DNA of 64,000 bases from an uncultured archaeon (GTDB lineage Archaea; Asgardarchaeota; Thorarchaeia; Thorarchaeales; Thorarchaeaceae): contig CAZLEV010000007.1 in assembly GCA_964558645.1 (NCBI GenBank), forward strand, positions 1-64,000. Direction: 5' to 3'. The translations under genes and the position numbers were made by a program. Below the pieces are notes generated by a model. The model ran no database searches, was not told the origin of the DNA, and worked only from the letters and a program-made list of their open reading frames with translations. Below, piece by piece: positions 19,608 through 27,781 of the stretch. Position 1 is the stretch's first letter. The number at the start of each line of letters is the position of its first letter.

Positions 19608-20602
19608 CGTCACTTGAGAAGGTCAAAGATATCGGGCCGGTCACAGCCAAGCGCCTCGGGGATGCTGGAATACACAGCGCAGAACACCTTGCCATGATGG
19701 AAACACTACCAGTCCTAGATGAGCCAGGACCTGATAGGCTTGAGGAGCTTCAACGGCATGCTCGTAGGCTCATCTTCCCATCTGAGGTTGTGCCTTCTCA
19801 AGACATTGATTCAGGTCGTCACATTCGAACTGGTATTCGGGATCTTGACAAGATACTACTGGGAGGCCTTCGCACTGGGACAGTGATGCATATCCATGGG
19901 AAGTCGTCATCTGGAAAGACAACACTGTGTTGTCAGCTCGCGGTCCGGGCAAGTGCCCATGGTCGAGTCCTCTGGATAGACAGCGGGGCCACATTCAAGC
20001 CCTATCTGACGAGAACCATAGCCACAAGATGCGGATGGAATCCCGACTCAGTTCTGGACATGATCGACCACGCTTTGGCCATCACACAGTTCGACCTTGA
20101 AGAGATTGTCCAGAAGATGTACTCCCTCCTCTCTGATAGAAGGTCAGGATACGTGCTCTTGGTCATAGACTCGTTGTCCAGCATATTCCAGACGGAGTAC
20201 CTCGGGGTCACTTACAGTCTGGCTGCAAAGCGTGACCTTGGTCGCTTTCTTCGCCTCCTCTTCAAGATAGCGTTGGCCCACGATCTCTGTGTGGTCTTCA
20301 CGAATGGCGTCCATGAGAGCATCGGAAGTTACACCTGCCACGGTCAATACGAGCCGGATGCCGAGTTGGTTGTGAATTCTCTATCCACTACCGTGCTGAG
20401 TATGCGAAGGAGGAGGCGTAACGAGTACCGTATCACCGTCGAGAAGGGAGGAGTGGGGAACGACTCGGTACGCAACGTATCGGCGTACCTGGGCTACGGA
20501 GGATTCTACGACGAATCGAATCAAGCAAGAGACACTGAACTCTGGAGGACCGTCTATGAGTCCTCCGAGAATCTACGACTGATTATGGAGGAATCAAGAT
20601 GA
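19604..20602 (+). CDS. RadA/Rad51 paralog with N-terminal HhH (probably catalytically impaired)
   Basis: LEKVKDIGPVTAKRL (HhH), TGIRDLDKILLGG, Walker A GKSSSGKT, Walker B LLVIDS; DSG in place of DTE and TNG in place of TNQ. Confidence 0.85.
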   Translation: MTSLEKVKDIGPVTAKRLGDAGIHSAEHLAMMETLPVLDEPGPDRLEELQRHARRLIFPSEVVPSQDIDSGRHIRTGIRDLDKILLGGLRTGTVMHIHGKSSSGKTTLCCQLAVRASAHGRVLWIDSGATFKPYLTRTIATRCGWNPDSVLDMIDHALAITQFDLEEIVQKMYSLLSDRRSGYVLLVIDSLSSIFQTEYLGVTYSLAAKRDLGRFLRLLFKIALAHDLCVVFTNGVHESIGSYTCHGQYEPDAELVVNSLSTTVLSMRRRRRNEYRITVEKGGVGNDSVRNVSAYLGYGGFYDESNQARDTELWRTVYESSENLRLIMEESR

Positions 20603-21660
20603 CAGAACTAGAGGCCGTCATGGGCGTGGGCCCCGGTACAGCAAAGCAGCTGGAGAAAATCTTTGTGACCACAGCCGAACTACTGGCTGTTCAGAATCCT
20701 ATGGAACTGCAGAAGAAGACAACTCTCGGCGAAGGCACCGCTATCAAGATCGTCCGTAGTGCGCGAGAGCTGATGGGGATACACGGGTTCCAGAGCGGCA
20801 TAGACTTTGAGAAGAAGATGGCTGCGAAGAAACGATTGAAGTTCGGTATCCCTGATATTGACAAAGGGCTTCTCGGAGGTATCGAGGAGGGATCAATTGT
20901 GGAGATTTATGGCGCGGCACGTGGCGGAAAGACTCAGTGGTGCTCACATCTGGCTGTTCGAGCTCAGCTCCCCGTGGAGGAAGGTGGTCTAGGGGGAAGA
21001 GTCCTGTGGATGGACAGCGAGTCTTCGTTCAAACCATGGATCATTCGTGCCATAGCAATCAGACTTGGTCTTGATCCTGCAGTGGCCTTGGGCAATATCG
21101 GCATCTCGCAGATGATTCTCTCGTCACAGATTGCCGATACATTCGAAACCATTCCCAATCTCTGTGCTAGTCAAGACTACAAGCTAGTGATCATCGACTC
21201 TTTCAGTGGCTTGTTCAGAGCGGAATACACTGCATTGAATGACCTGAGCGTCCGACAGAAAGACATGAACTCCCTTCTGAATTCGATGCGTAGGGCTGGA
21301 ACCGCCACCGGAGCCATCTTCATCTATACCAACCAAGTGCTCAGCAACATAGGCAGCTACGGTTTCAGTGGACCAGGTCCCATAGGGGGACACATCCTTG
21401 CTCATGGCTGTGATTATAGATTCTATACGCGGCTCGGCAAGCCCCCACTACGAAAACTCCGGCTTGTTGACAACGCTGGTGTTCCTGAGTTTGACGCCAC
21501 GACTGTTCTTGGTTGGGGTGGTTTTTACGAGAACCAGAAACAGAGGACTGCTGGGGAGAAGAAAATTGAGGAATACATCGAGAAGAAAGGTTGGAATGCT
21601 CGTCTGATGCCTGATGGATCTGTTGTGGAAACAGGGATGGAGGAGGATGAGAAGGAGTGA
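20599..21660 (+). CDS. radA: Full-length divergent RadA/Rad51-type recombinase
   Basis: HhH N-domain, GFQSG (FxxA-like), EIYGAARGGKTQ, QLPVEEGGLGG, DSE, LVIIDS..LFRAEY, RQ, TNQV, PIGGHILAH. Divergent, so it may not be the housekeeping radA. Confidence 0.88.
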   Translation: MTELEAVMGVGPGTAKQLEKIFVTTAELLAVQNPMELQKKTTLGEGTAIKIVRSARELMGIHGFQSGIDFEKKMAAKKRLKFGIPDIDKGLLGGIEEGSIVEIYGAARGGKTQWCSHLAVRAQLPVEEGGLGGRVLWMDSESSFKPWIIRAIAIRLGLDPAVALGNIGISQMILSSQIADTFETIPNLCASQDYKLVIIDSFSGLFRAEYTALNDLSVRQKDMNSLLNSMRRAGTATGAIFIYTNQVLSNIGSYGFSGPGPIGGHILAHGCDYRFYTRLGKPPLRKLRLVDNAGVPEFDATTVLGWGGFYENQKQRTAGEKKIEEYIEKKGWNARLMPDGSVVETGMEEDEKE

Positions 21661-22058
21661 CAGTGTTCTACGTGTACCGATGTAATGCCTGTCACCAGCT
21701 TGGCTTTCAGCAGCACGAAGGACTTCGTAGCCTGAGCTGCAGTGTTTGTGGTGCGGACATCGAGGAGTACATTCGTGCCCCGAATCTAGAGCAGGCTCGT
21801 CTAGTAATGTCGTCGCTGTCAGCTGAGAGTTCACAGCAAGTACGGCCGATTAGTCGCGGTAGAGGTGTTCAGGCACGCGTGCTGGATATAGTTGAATGCT
21901 TGGTCGATGGAAATCGGGGCCGCCCCGTACGAGTTTCAGCTGTACTTAACGAGTGCAGTGATGCAGATATTCCCACGGAACGCGCATGGCATTTCCTGAA
22001 TCGGTTAGAGGCCATAGAAAGAATCCGTCTGGTAGGGAAGGAGGTTACTTTGCTATGA
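21657..22058 (+). CDS. Zinc-ribbon + winged-helix protein
   Basis: CNAC...CSVC; C-terminal 'RVLDIVECL...VSAVLNEC..ADIPTERAWHFLNRLEAIERI' wHTH pattern; GTGA and ATGA overlaps. Confidence 0.72.
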   Translation: MTVFYVYRCNACHQLGFQQHEGLRSLSCSVCGADIEEYIRAPNLEQARLVMSSLSAESSQQVRPISRGRGVQARVLDIVECLVDGNRGRPVRVSAVLNECSDADIPTERAWHFLNRLEAIERIRLVGKEVTLL

Positions 22059-22645
22059 CAGCTGTCTCAGATGCCTCTCCTGCACATAACCTAATCCGCC
22101 TCGTGAACTTCTCACGCCGTAGTGGTAAGGAACGACTTGCGCTGGTCAGACTTCCAGGATATGTGGAGCTCAACCCGGAGATCTATCTCATTACTCGGGT
22201 GAACTGGCGATCTGAAGATTTCGAATCCCCGATACTGCCGTATCTCCCCCGGCTCCTTGCTATCATCGAGAGTGCTCGTGGTTCTGACGCAGTGCCCACT
22301 GAAGTAAACCTCGAGTCACTAGAGGGCGTCATGGTTCATATCCCCACGGGTGTCCGTTTCTCGGATATCCCGGAAGAACGGGGAAAGAGCATTAGTTTTC
22401 TGGTGAGGCTGATGCAGGACACCGCCCAGTTCTTCTATGACACTGTGGATGAAGTGGTCGCTTACTTCTGGAAGGCCGCAAGGCAACGCGGGTTCAGCCG
22501 ACGCATTGTCGAAAGAATGGGTAGGAAGGAACAGGGCTTTACTTCCCCATTTCAGCTGAGGCAATTCGAGGAGTTGCTACATGCATACTTCTCTGTGAAG
22601 TTCATGGTTCAGAAATCCGAGTCAAAGCTCAGGTGGGAGCGATAA
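22055..22645 (+). CDS. Hypothetical protein
   Basis: ATG 22055 overlaps the upstream TGA, with GGAGG SD upstream; no recognisable motif. Confidence 0.7.
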   Translation: MTAVSDASPAHNLIRLVNFSRRSGKERLALVRLPGYVELNPEIYLITRVNWRSEDFESPILPYLPRLLAIIESARGSDAVPTEVNLESLEGVMVHIPTGVRFSDIPEERGKSISFLVRLMQDTAQFFYDTVDEVVAYFWKAARQRGFSRRIVERMGRKEQGFTSPFQLRQFEELLHAYFSVKFMVQKSESKLRWER

Positions 22646-22646
22646 G

Positions 22647-24599
22647 ATGATTTCAGGAACGTATCTCGACCCGGTTCACGATGTGTTTCCGTATAGATTA
22701 CGAGATGGGCAGCAGACCGCCATAGAGTACGCCGCAGATATTTTCAGGAGTGGCAAGATCGGGTTGCTCTCTGCAGACTGTGGAGTGGGAAAGACAATAG
22801 CAGTACTCAGTGCCTTTGTGGGGGCAAGGTTGAATCACGAGAAGGCTCGACTGGTGGTACTCACCCGGACTCATAGTCAATCGAGCGTGTTCGAAGAGGA
22901 GTGTCTTACACTTGCCGACCGATTCCCGATAATCGGCACTAGTATGGTGAGCAGAGTTCATGTCTGTCCCAATGTCGGAGAGATTAACAAGATGAGCGAT
23001 CTCGGCTTTATCCGAGGGTGTGCTTATCTTGTCAGGACCGGGAAGTGTTCATACTATCATAGTTTCTACGATGCACGAGGTGATAGAGGCCAACTGCGAG
23101 AGAACGCCCACGCGGCAATAGAAGAAGCAGTGGCACGGTCAGTTGTTGACCGCAGCACAGCAGAGGGTGTTTCTAGGGATTGGGGAATATGCCCCTACGA
23201 ACTCTTGCGGTGGTGTGCGAAGAGAAGCAATGTGATCATAGGACCGTACGCCTACTTGTTGAAGAGTCGTGTGCGAGAGGCATTCCTCTCATCATTGGAC
23301 CTTTCAATCGATGAGATTGACCTGTTAGTAGATGAGGCCCATAACCTTCCCGAGCAGATGGCCGAATCTGAGTCTGCTTCAATCACCGGGCAAGACATCC
23401 AATGGCTGAGAGAGCACAAACACGACCTCTCACGAGAAACCGGCTACGAATGGTTAGAGGACGTCATAGAGTTCCTTTGGGACACATTCACCTTGAACAC
23501 GGGTCGACTGCATCATGGCGGCGAGCAAGAGCTCAACATCTGGGAGGTACTTCCAAGGTTTGCAGTTGAGGCGGACATATCATTGCTGCTTACTAAGACT
23601 GGATATGTGCAGAGTGGTGATGATGTAATCGCGGCCGAAACACCTGCTGACCGTCTCTTGGACTTCTTGTATACGGCAATCTTAGCTTCAGAGTCTAGCG
23701 ACCAAGATGACTGGCACATAACTTTTGAGACAGGCAGAACGTGGGACGAGAATCCTCGCCTTTCCCATACGAGGCTGTGTATCCGCCCCCTGAACACCGC
23801 AGGATTATGCTCCTATCTCGTACACAGTACGCGATCTGCTGTCCTGATGAGCGGGACGCTTCGGCCAACCAGTCACTATGCAACAATCCTTGGCATGCGG
23901 GACGCTGAAGTCTGTGACATAGCCAGTCCCTATCCGGTCGGGTCGCGACTCGTGCTGATAGACAAGAATCTGAACACGGCCTACAAGAACCGTTCTCCTT
24001 CACTGTATGGGGCTCTTGCTAAGAATCTCTCACTAGTACTCACACATAGTCCTGCAAACAAGAGTGCCGTTGTTGCTTTCTCCAGCTATGCCATCATGAA
24101 TGATGTCTTGAGCTACGGCGTTGAAGACGGTTTTCGGAGGCGAGTAGTGGAAGAGCGCCATGCGCGAGTTGACGATATACGGGAGATGCTCTTGGAAGAG
24201 CCTTCTGTGCTATACTCTGTCTATGGCGGCAAGTTCTCGGAAGGAGTCGACCTAGTAGATGGGGGTGCGAGTCTCCTGGACCTTGTTGTTGGTGTTGGAA
24301 TCCCGTTTGCCCCACCAACCTCGTATCATCTAGCGCTGCAATCATGGTACAACCGAAGGCTTGGTGAGGGTCGAGGTTACTATTACGCAGCGGTGATGCC
24401 CGCCCTTCGGAGGGTGGTCCAACTAGTGGGGCGTTTGAGACGTTCTCCTGCAGACCTTGGTGTGGTGGTATTGCTTGACAACAGGTTTCTGCGGCATGTT
24501 TCCATGCTGGGTCCGCGTGCAGCAGCTGATACTTGGCCCTATTCCACAGAGGACGAGCTTATTGAGGCAATCGAGATGTTCTGGAGGAATGCTACTTGA
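22647..24599 (+). CDS. XPD/Rad3/DinG-family Fe-S cluster DNA helicase
   Basis: Q motif RDGQ, ADCGVGKT, four Fe-S cysteines (HVCPN, RGCA, GKCSY, ICPYE), DEAHNL, MSGTL, SEGVD, GIPF, QLVGRLRR, LLDNRF. Confidence 0.92.
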   Translation: MISGTYLDPVHDVFPYRLRDGQQTAIEYAADIFRSGKIGLLSADCGVGKTIAVLSAFVGARLNHEKARLVVLTRTHSQSSVFEEECLTLADRFPIIGTSMVSRVHVCPNVGEINKMSDLGFIRGCAYLVRTGKCSYYHSFYDARGDRGQLRENAHAAIEEAVARSVVDRSTAEGVSRDWGICPYELLRWCAKRSNVIIGPYAYLLKSRVREAFLSSLDLSIDEIDLLVDEAHNLPEQMAESESASITGQDIQWLREHKHDLSRETGYEWLEDVIEFLWDTFTLNTGRLHHGGEQELNIWEVLPRFAVEADISLLLTKTGYVQSGDDVIAAETPADRLLDFLYTAILASESSDQDDWHITFETGRTWDENPRLSHTRLCIRPLNTAGLCSYLVHSTRSAVLMSGTLRPTSHYATILGMRDAEVCDIASPYPVGSRLVLIDKNLNTAYKNRSPSLYGALAKNLSLVLTHSPANKSAVVAFSSYAIMNDVLSYGVEDGFRRRVVEERHARVDDIREMLLEEPSVLYSVYGGKFSEGVDLVDGGASLLDLVVGVGIPFAPPTSYHLALQSWYNRRLGEGRGYYYAAVMPALRRVVQLVGRLRRSPADLGVVVLLDNRFLRHVSMLGPRAAADTWPYSTEDELIEAIEMFWRNAT

Positions 24600-25189
24600 G
24601 AGAGCAACTGAGCTGGTTGGCTACTATTGGCGTACCGATTGCACTGGCATCGGGCTGGGTGTTACGTTTGGTCTTCGATAGATCGTTGCATTCAGTGCTT
24701 CTATCTCTTGCTGGATTAGGCATCGTAGTGATAGCCATCATTCTCATGCTGATCTCTACCAAGTATGTGCGATACTGGGATGAGGAGAATAACATACTTG
24801 TAGATACGGGGCCCTTTACAGTCGAAGTATCAATTCTAGTGCTATTCGATAGGATTCCTATCGGAATCACCCTGTCTCACTCAGCCAAGCGTGTTCTACT
24901 GGCTATGCATGATCATTATCATCATTCGAGGGGGGGAGCGGTCACATTCATTCTCGCACGACCGGTGGGCAACTCGCGGACTCGACTGGGGTTCAAAGTG
25001 ACTCGGCGGGGCCTTCGTATTCCACTTGCTGACACTTTCGAGCGTTTGAGGGATCGGGTAGTCGAGGATGCTCATGTCCTGCGTGCTGCCATGAATGCAG
25101 CTTACCCTCATGTCGCCATTGCCATGGGTAACTTGGCCGACTCGGTTCTAGCAGATTCAGGAGGTATTGAAGAGATTGAAGCAGTTTGA
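24596..25189 (+). CDS. Hypothetical membrane protein (2 N-terminal TM helices + soluble domain)
   Basis: TTGA overlap with the helicase stop and GGAGG upstream; two hydrophobic helices in aa ~5-55. Confidence 0.7.
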   Translation: MREQLSWLATIGVPIALASGWVLRLVFDRSLHSVLLSLAGLGIVVIAIILMLISTKYVRYWDEENNILVDTGPFTVEVSILVLFDRIPIGITLSHSAKRVLLAMHDHYHHSRGGAVTFILARPVGNSRTRLGFKVTRRGLRIPLADTFERLRDRVVEDAHVLRAAMNAAYPHVAIAMGNLADSVLADSGGIEEIEAV

Positions 25190-25454
25190 AAGCATTGAGA
25201 TTCCTGTTGGTGTAGACTCCGAAGATGTGATGGACGCCATGAAAGGACTGTCCTACTCATGGACCGTTTTACTGAATGACCCACTCAATGCAGTGGGACG
25301 TTCCAAGATTTACCCGCCTGTAGCTCTGATGCATGACCGTGTACTCATCGAACAGGACGAAACCCGCACCATTCAACGCGTGAGAGGACTTCTTCGTGCT
25401 ATGAGCTCACTCTCTACGGAGGGAATGCACGGTAAGCGCGGTGTGTCGCCATGA
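25167..25454 (+). CDS. Small hypothetical protein
   Basis: GGAGG SD before TTG; stop overlaps the next ATG; fills the operon gap. Confidence 0.55.
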   Translation: MKRLKQFESIEIPVGVDSEDVMDAMKGLSYSWTVLLNDPLNAVGRSKIYPPVALMHDRVLIEQDETRTIQRVRGLLRAMSSLSTEGMHGKRGVSP

Positions 25455-27781
25455 GTCATGTTCTTGGATCGAAGCCCACGAAGGACCCTCTTGAAGAAGT
25501 CAAAGGTGCAAGATATGCAGTACAAGAAAGCGTTGACATAAAGTGGGTTGACCGCAAGGCGAGTAGACCGTGGGAGATTGTAGCACTCTGTAGCCTGGCT
25601 TCACTCCTGGCCAGCATGATTGCACCATATTTGGTTATTGCAGGTTCAGGAGTCGTCCTATTGCTTCTGGTCTACTTCCACTCATTCAGACCTATCGAGA
25701 TGTATGAACGGGCTGGACTCGTGAAGGTCAAGGAGAGCAACCTGGAGTTTTCCAGACCTGATACAAGAAACGGTTCTGTCAGATATCTTCGAAAGACCCA
25801 CAACAATCCCTCAGTGTACTTGACCGGACTAAGGCTGGACGCCCCAGGTGCTTTCCTTAGTGGCGATATGAGCCGGCTCGTCAGAGGCGTACCGACATCT
25901 GCCGGACTCTTTGTAAGTGTACGAATGGTTCCGGCTAAGCTACGTGCGATTGTCAACGAGAACACGATATCTGGTGCTCACGAAGCATATCTGGATCATC
26001 TGGAACACGACGCTTTGTGTGGTTATTTCCAGAAACGTGGCGGGCTCTGGCAGAGTTCCGTGCAGGTGATTCTGCAATCCAATGAACTATCGACACTTGC
26101 TAGGTGTCGTAACGCAGTCAAGGGTGCGATTCCATCGCGAAACTGGAAGGATCTGACATGGGTTCAGAAGAAGAGTCTCGAGTCGCTACGATCAGCACCT
26201 AGTATGGAAGCGTTTTATGCTCTGGGAATTGAACTCAGTGAATGGCTTGTCCAGATGAGGACCGAGCTAGCAGCTGAAGTAGGTGAGTCGGTACCAGGGC
26301 AGTTTGTTGCACCTATTAGAGAACAATCCGACCAATACTATCTTGGAAGAATACTCAATCCTGACACCTTGGAGTTAGGTCCTCGAACAGGGCCGACTTA
26401 CCAAAACATCAGGACTGGGATGATCATCTGCGGAGGTGATTATTCTCTACGCAGGCGTATACAAGCCTTAACGATGCAGGCTCTTGTGCAGGACGGGAAG
26501 CGATTAGTTCTGATAAGCACAAATCCCATGGCTGACGAGCTGGTTGCACTCAGCGACAGCGGAGTAATACTACGCCTCGGTTCGGACTTGATACTGAACC
26601 CGGTTGACTCAGACGGAATAGACCGTACCACATACTTACCCCGACTCATCACAGCTCTAGAGATTGTTGCAGGAAAAGACTTGAGTAATGCTCCGATGTT
26701 CGAGGGGGCGCTTTCGCGAGCCGTAGCTCTGAATGATACGACCATTGCAGATGTAAGAATTCAGAGCGACGACCCCATGGGTGGAGACCCCTCGGTCAGC
26801 AGTCGTGAGGACAGGGAGCAGAACGATGCTTCACGGGCCGGGATGGCTGCTATCCAGACGCTCCTAGAGGGCAGTGCCGCTCGAGCCTTCTACGGACATC
26901 AGACCGTACCAATATCTGCTCTAGGCGAGCATGAACTGACCATCGTGAAGGTTGGACTCGGTTCAGAACCTTTGGACATCTTTGCACTTGACCTGCTTGC
27001 GTTGAAGCTTCTCACACTGGAAGATGAGAATCTCGTCGTAGTCTTCGACGACGCCGAGAACTTCCTTGTTGATAATGTAAAGTACAGGAAACGGAGTCTC
27101 TTTGCCCAACGACTGGTTCGGGAACTACTCCAACGTTTCGGGGTGGTACTTTCAGTTGAACACCCATTCGAGATCCCTGCGCGTATCACCAACAGCATTG
27201 AGACTGTTATTGCCGGGCGGACAAAGGGTGGCGACAACGTGGCAGTTGTATCAGAACTGCTCGGGTTGAAGGTGATTGAGACTGGTATGCATAGCAAGGC
27301 ACGGTGGTCTGCTAGAGAGAGTTCGTTCCTACGAGTGATGGATGATGACATTGTGCTCATAGTGAACGGCTCTGAGACCTGCAGACCCATGCGTCTCTTC
27401 GAAGAGCCCGACCTCATTGTGGACGATCTGGCATCTTTGAGGGAACGGAGCAGGTCTCTCACCAAGTCGAGAAGATCTCATGCTTCCCATTCTGGGAGGT
27501 TGGTGGACCAACTCGGCGATGACGTCGGTATCAACATGAGAGTGCTTGAGCTCTTGGATCAGTATGAGCCCCTTACAGAGGAGGCAATTGGGAAGTTCAT
27601 TTCGGCGCAAGATGAGGAGGATGTGGATGTCAAGGCTGTGTTGATGCGTCTTGAGGAAGGTAATATGATTCTCCCAGGCCATGAACAGCATGCGGGAGTG
27701 TCCTACAAGAACTTCAGGCTGACCATGAAGGGACGGATGGCTCTGAAACAGAGTGAACACTCAGGAGATGATGTGTCCTGA
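25451..27781 (+). CDS. Membrane-anchored HerA/VirB4/TrwB-like protein with degenerate Walker A and C-terminal wHTH
   Basis: 2 TM helices (aa ~42-78); 'YYLGRI', 'GMIICGGDYSLRRR' at the Walker A position, 'LILNP', Walker B-like VVVFDDAENF, 'RELLQRFGVVLSVEHP..IPARITNSIETVI'; C-terminal 'FRLTMKGR' wHTH. Confidence 0.68.
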   Translation: MSHVLGSKPTKDPLEEVKGARYAVQESVDIKWVDRKASRPWEIVALCSLASLLASMIAPYLVIAGSGVVLLLLVYFHSFRPIEMYERAGLVKVKESNLEFSRPDTRNGSVRYLRKTHNNPSVYLTGLRLDAPGAFLSGDMSRLVRGVPTSAGLFVSVRMVPAKLRAIVNENTISGAHEAYLDHLEHDALCGYFQKRGGLWQSSVQVILQSNELSTLARCRNAVKGAIPSRNWKDLTWVQKKSLESLRSAPSMEAFYALGIELSEWLVQMRTELAAEVGESVPGQFVAPIREQSDQYYLGRILNPDTLELGPRTGPTYQNIRTGMIICGGDYSLRRRIQALTMQALVQDGKRLVLISTNPMADELVALSDSGVILRLGSDLILNPVDSDGIDRTTYLPRLITALEIVAGKDLSNAPMFEGALSRAVALNDTTIADVRIQSDDPMGGDPSVSSREDREQNDASRAGMAAIQTLLEGSAARAFYGHQTVPISALGEHELTIVKVGLGSEPLDIFALDLLALKLLTLEDENLVVVFDDAENFLVDNVKYRKRSLFAQRLVRELLQRFGVVLSVEHPFEIPARITNSIETVIAGRTKGGDNVAVVSELLGLKVIETGMHSKARWSARESSFLRVMDDDIVLIVNGSETCRPMRLFEEPDLIVDDLASLRERSRSLTKSRRSHASHSGRLVDQLGDDVGINMRVLELLDQYEPLTEEAIGKFISAQDEEDVDVKAVLMRLEEGNMILPGHEQHAGVSYKNFRLTMKGRMALKQSEHSGDDVS

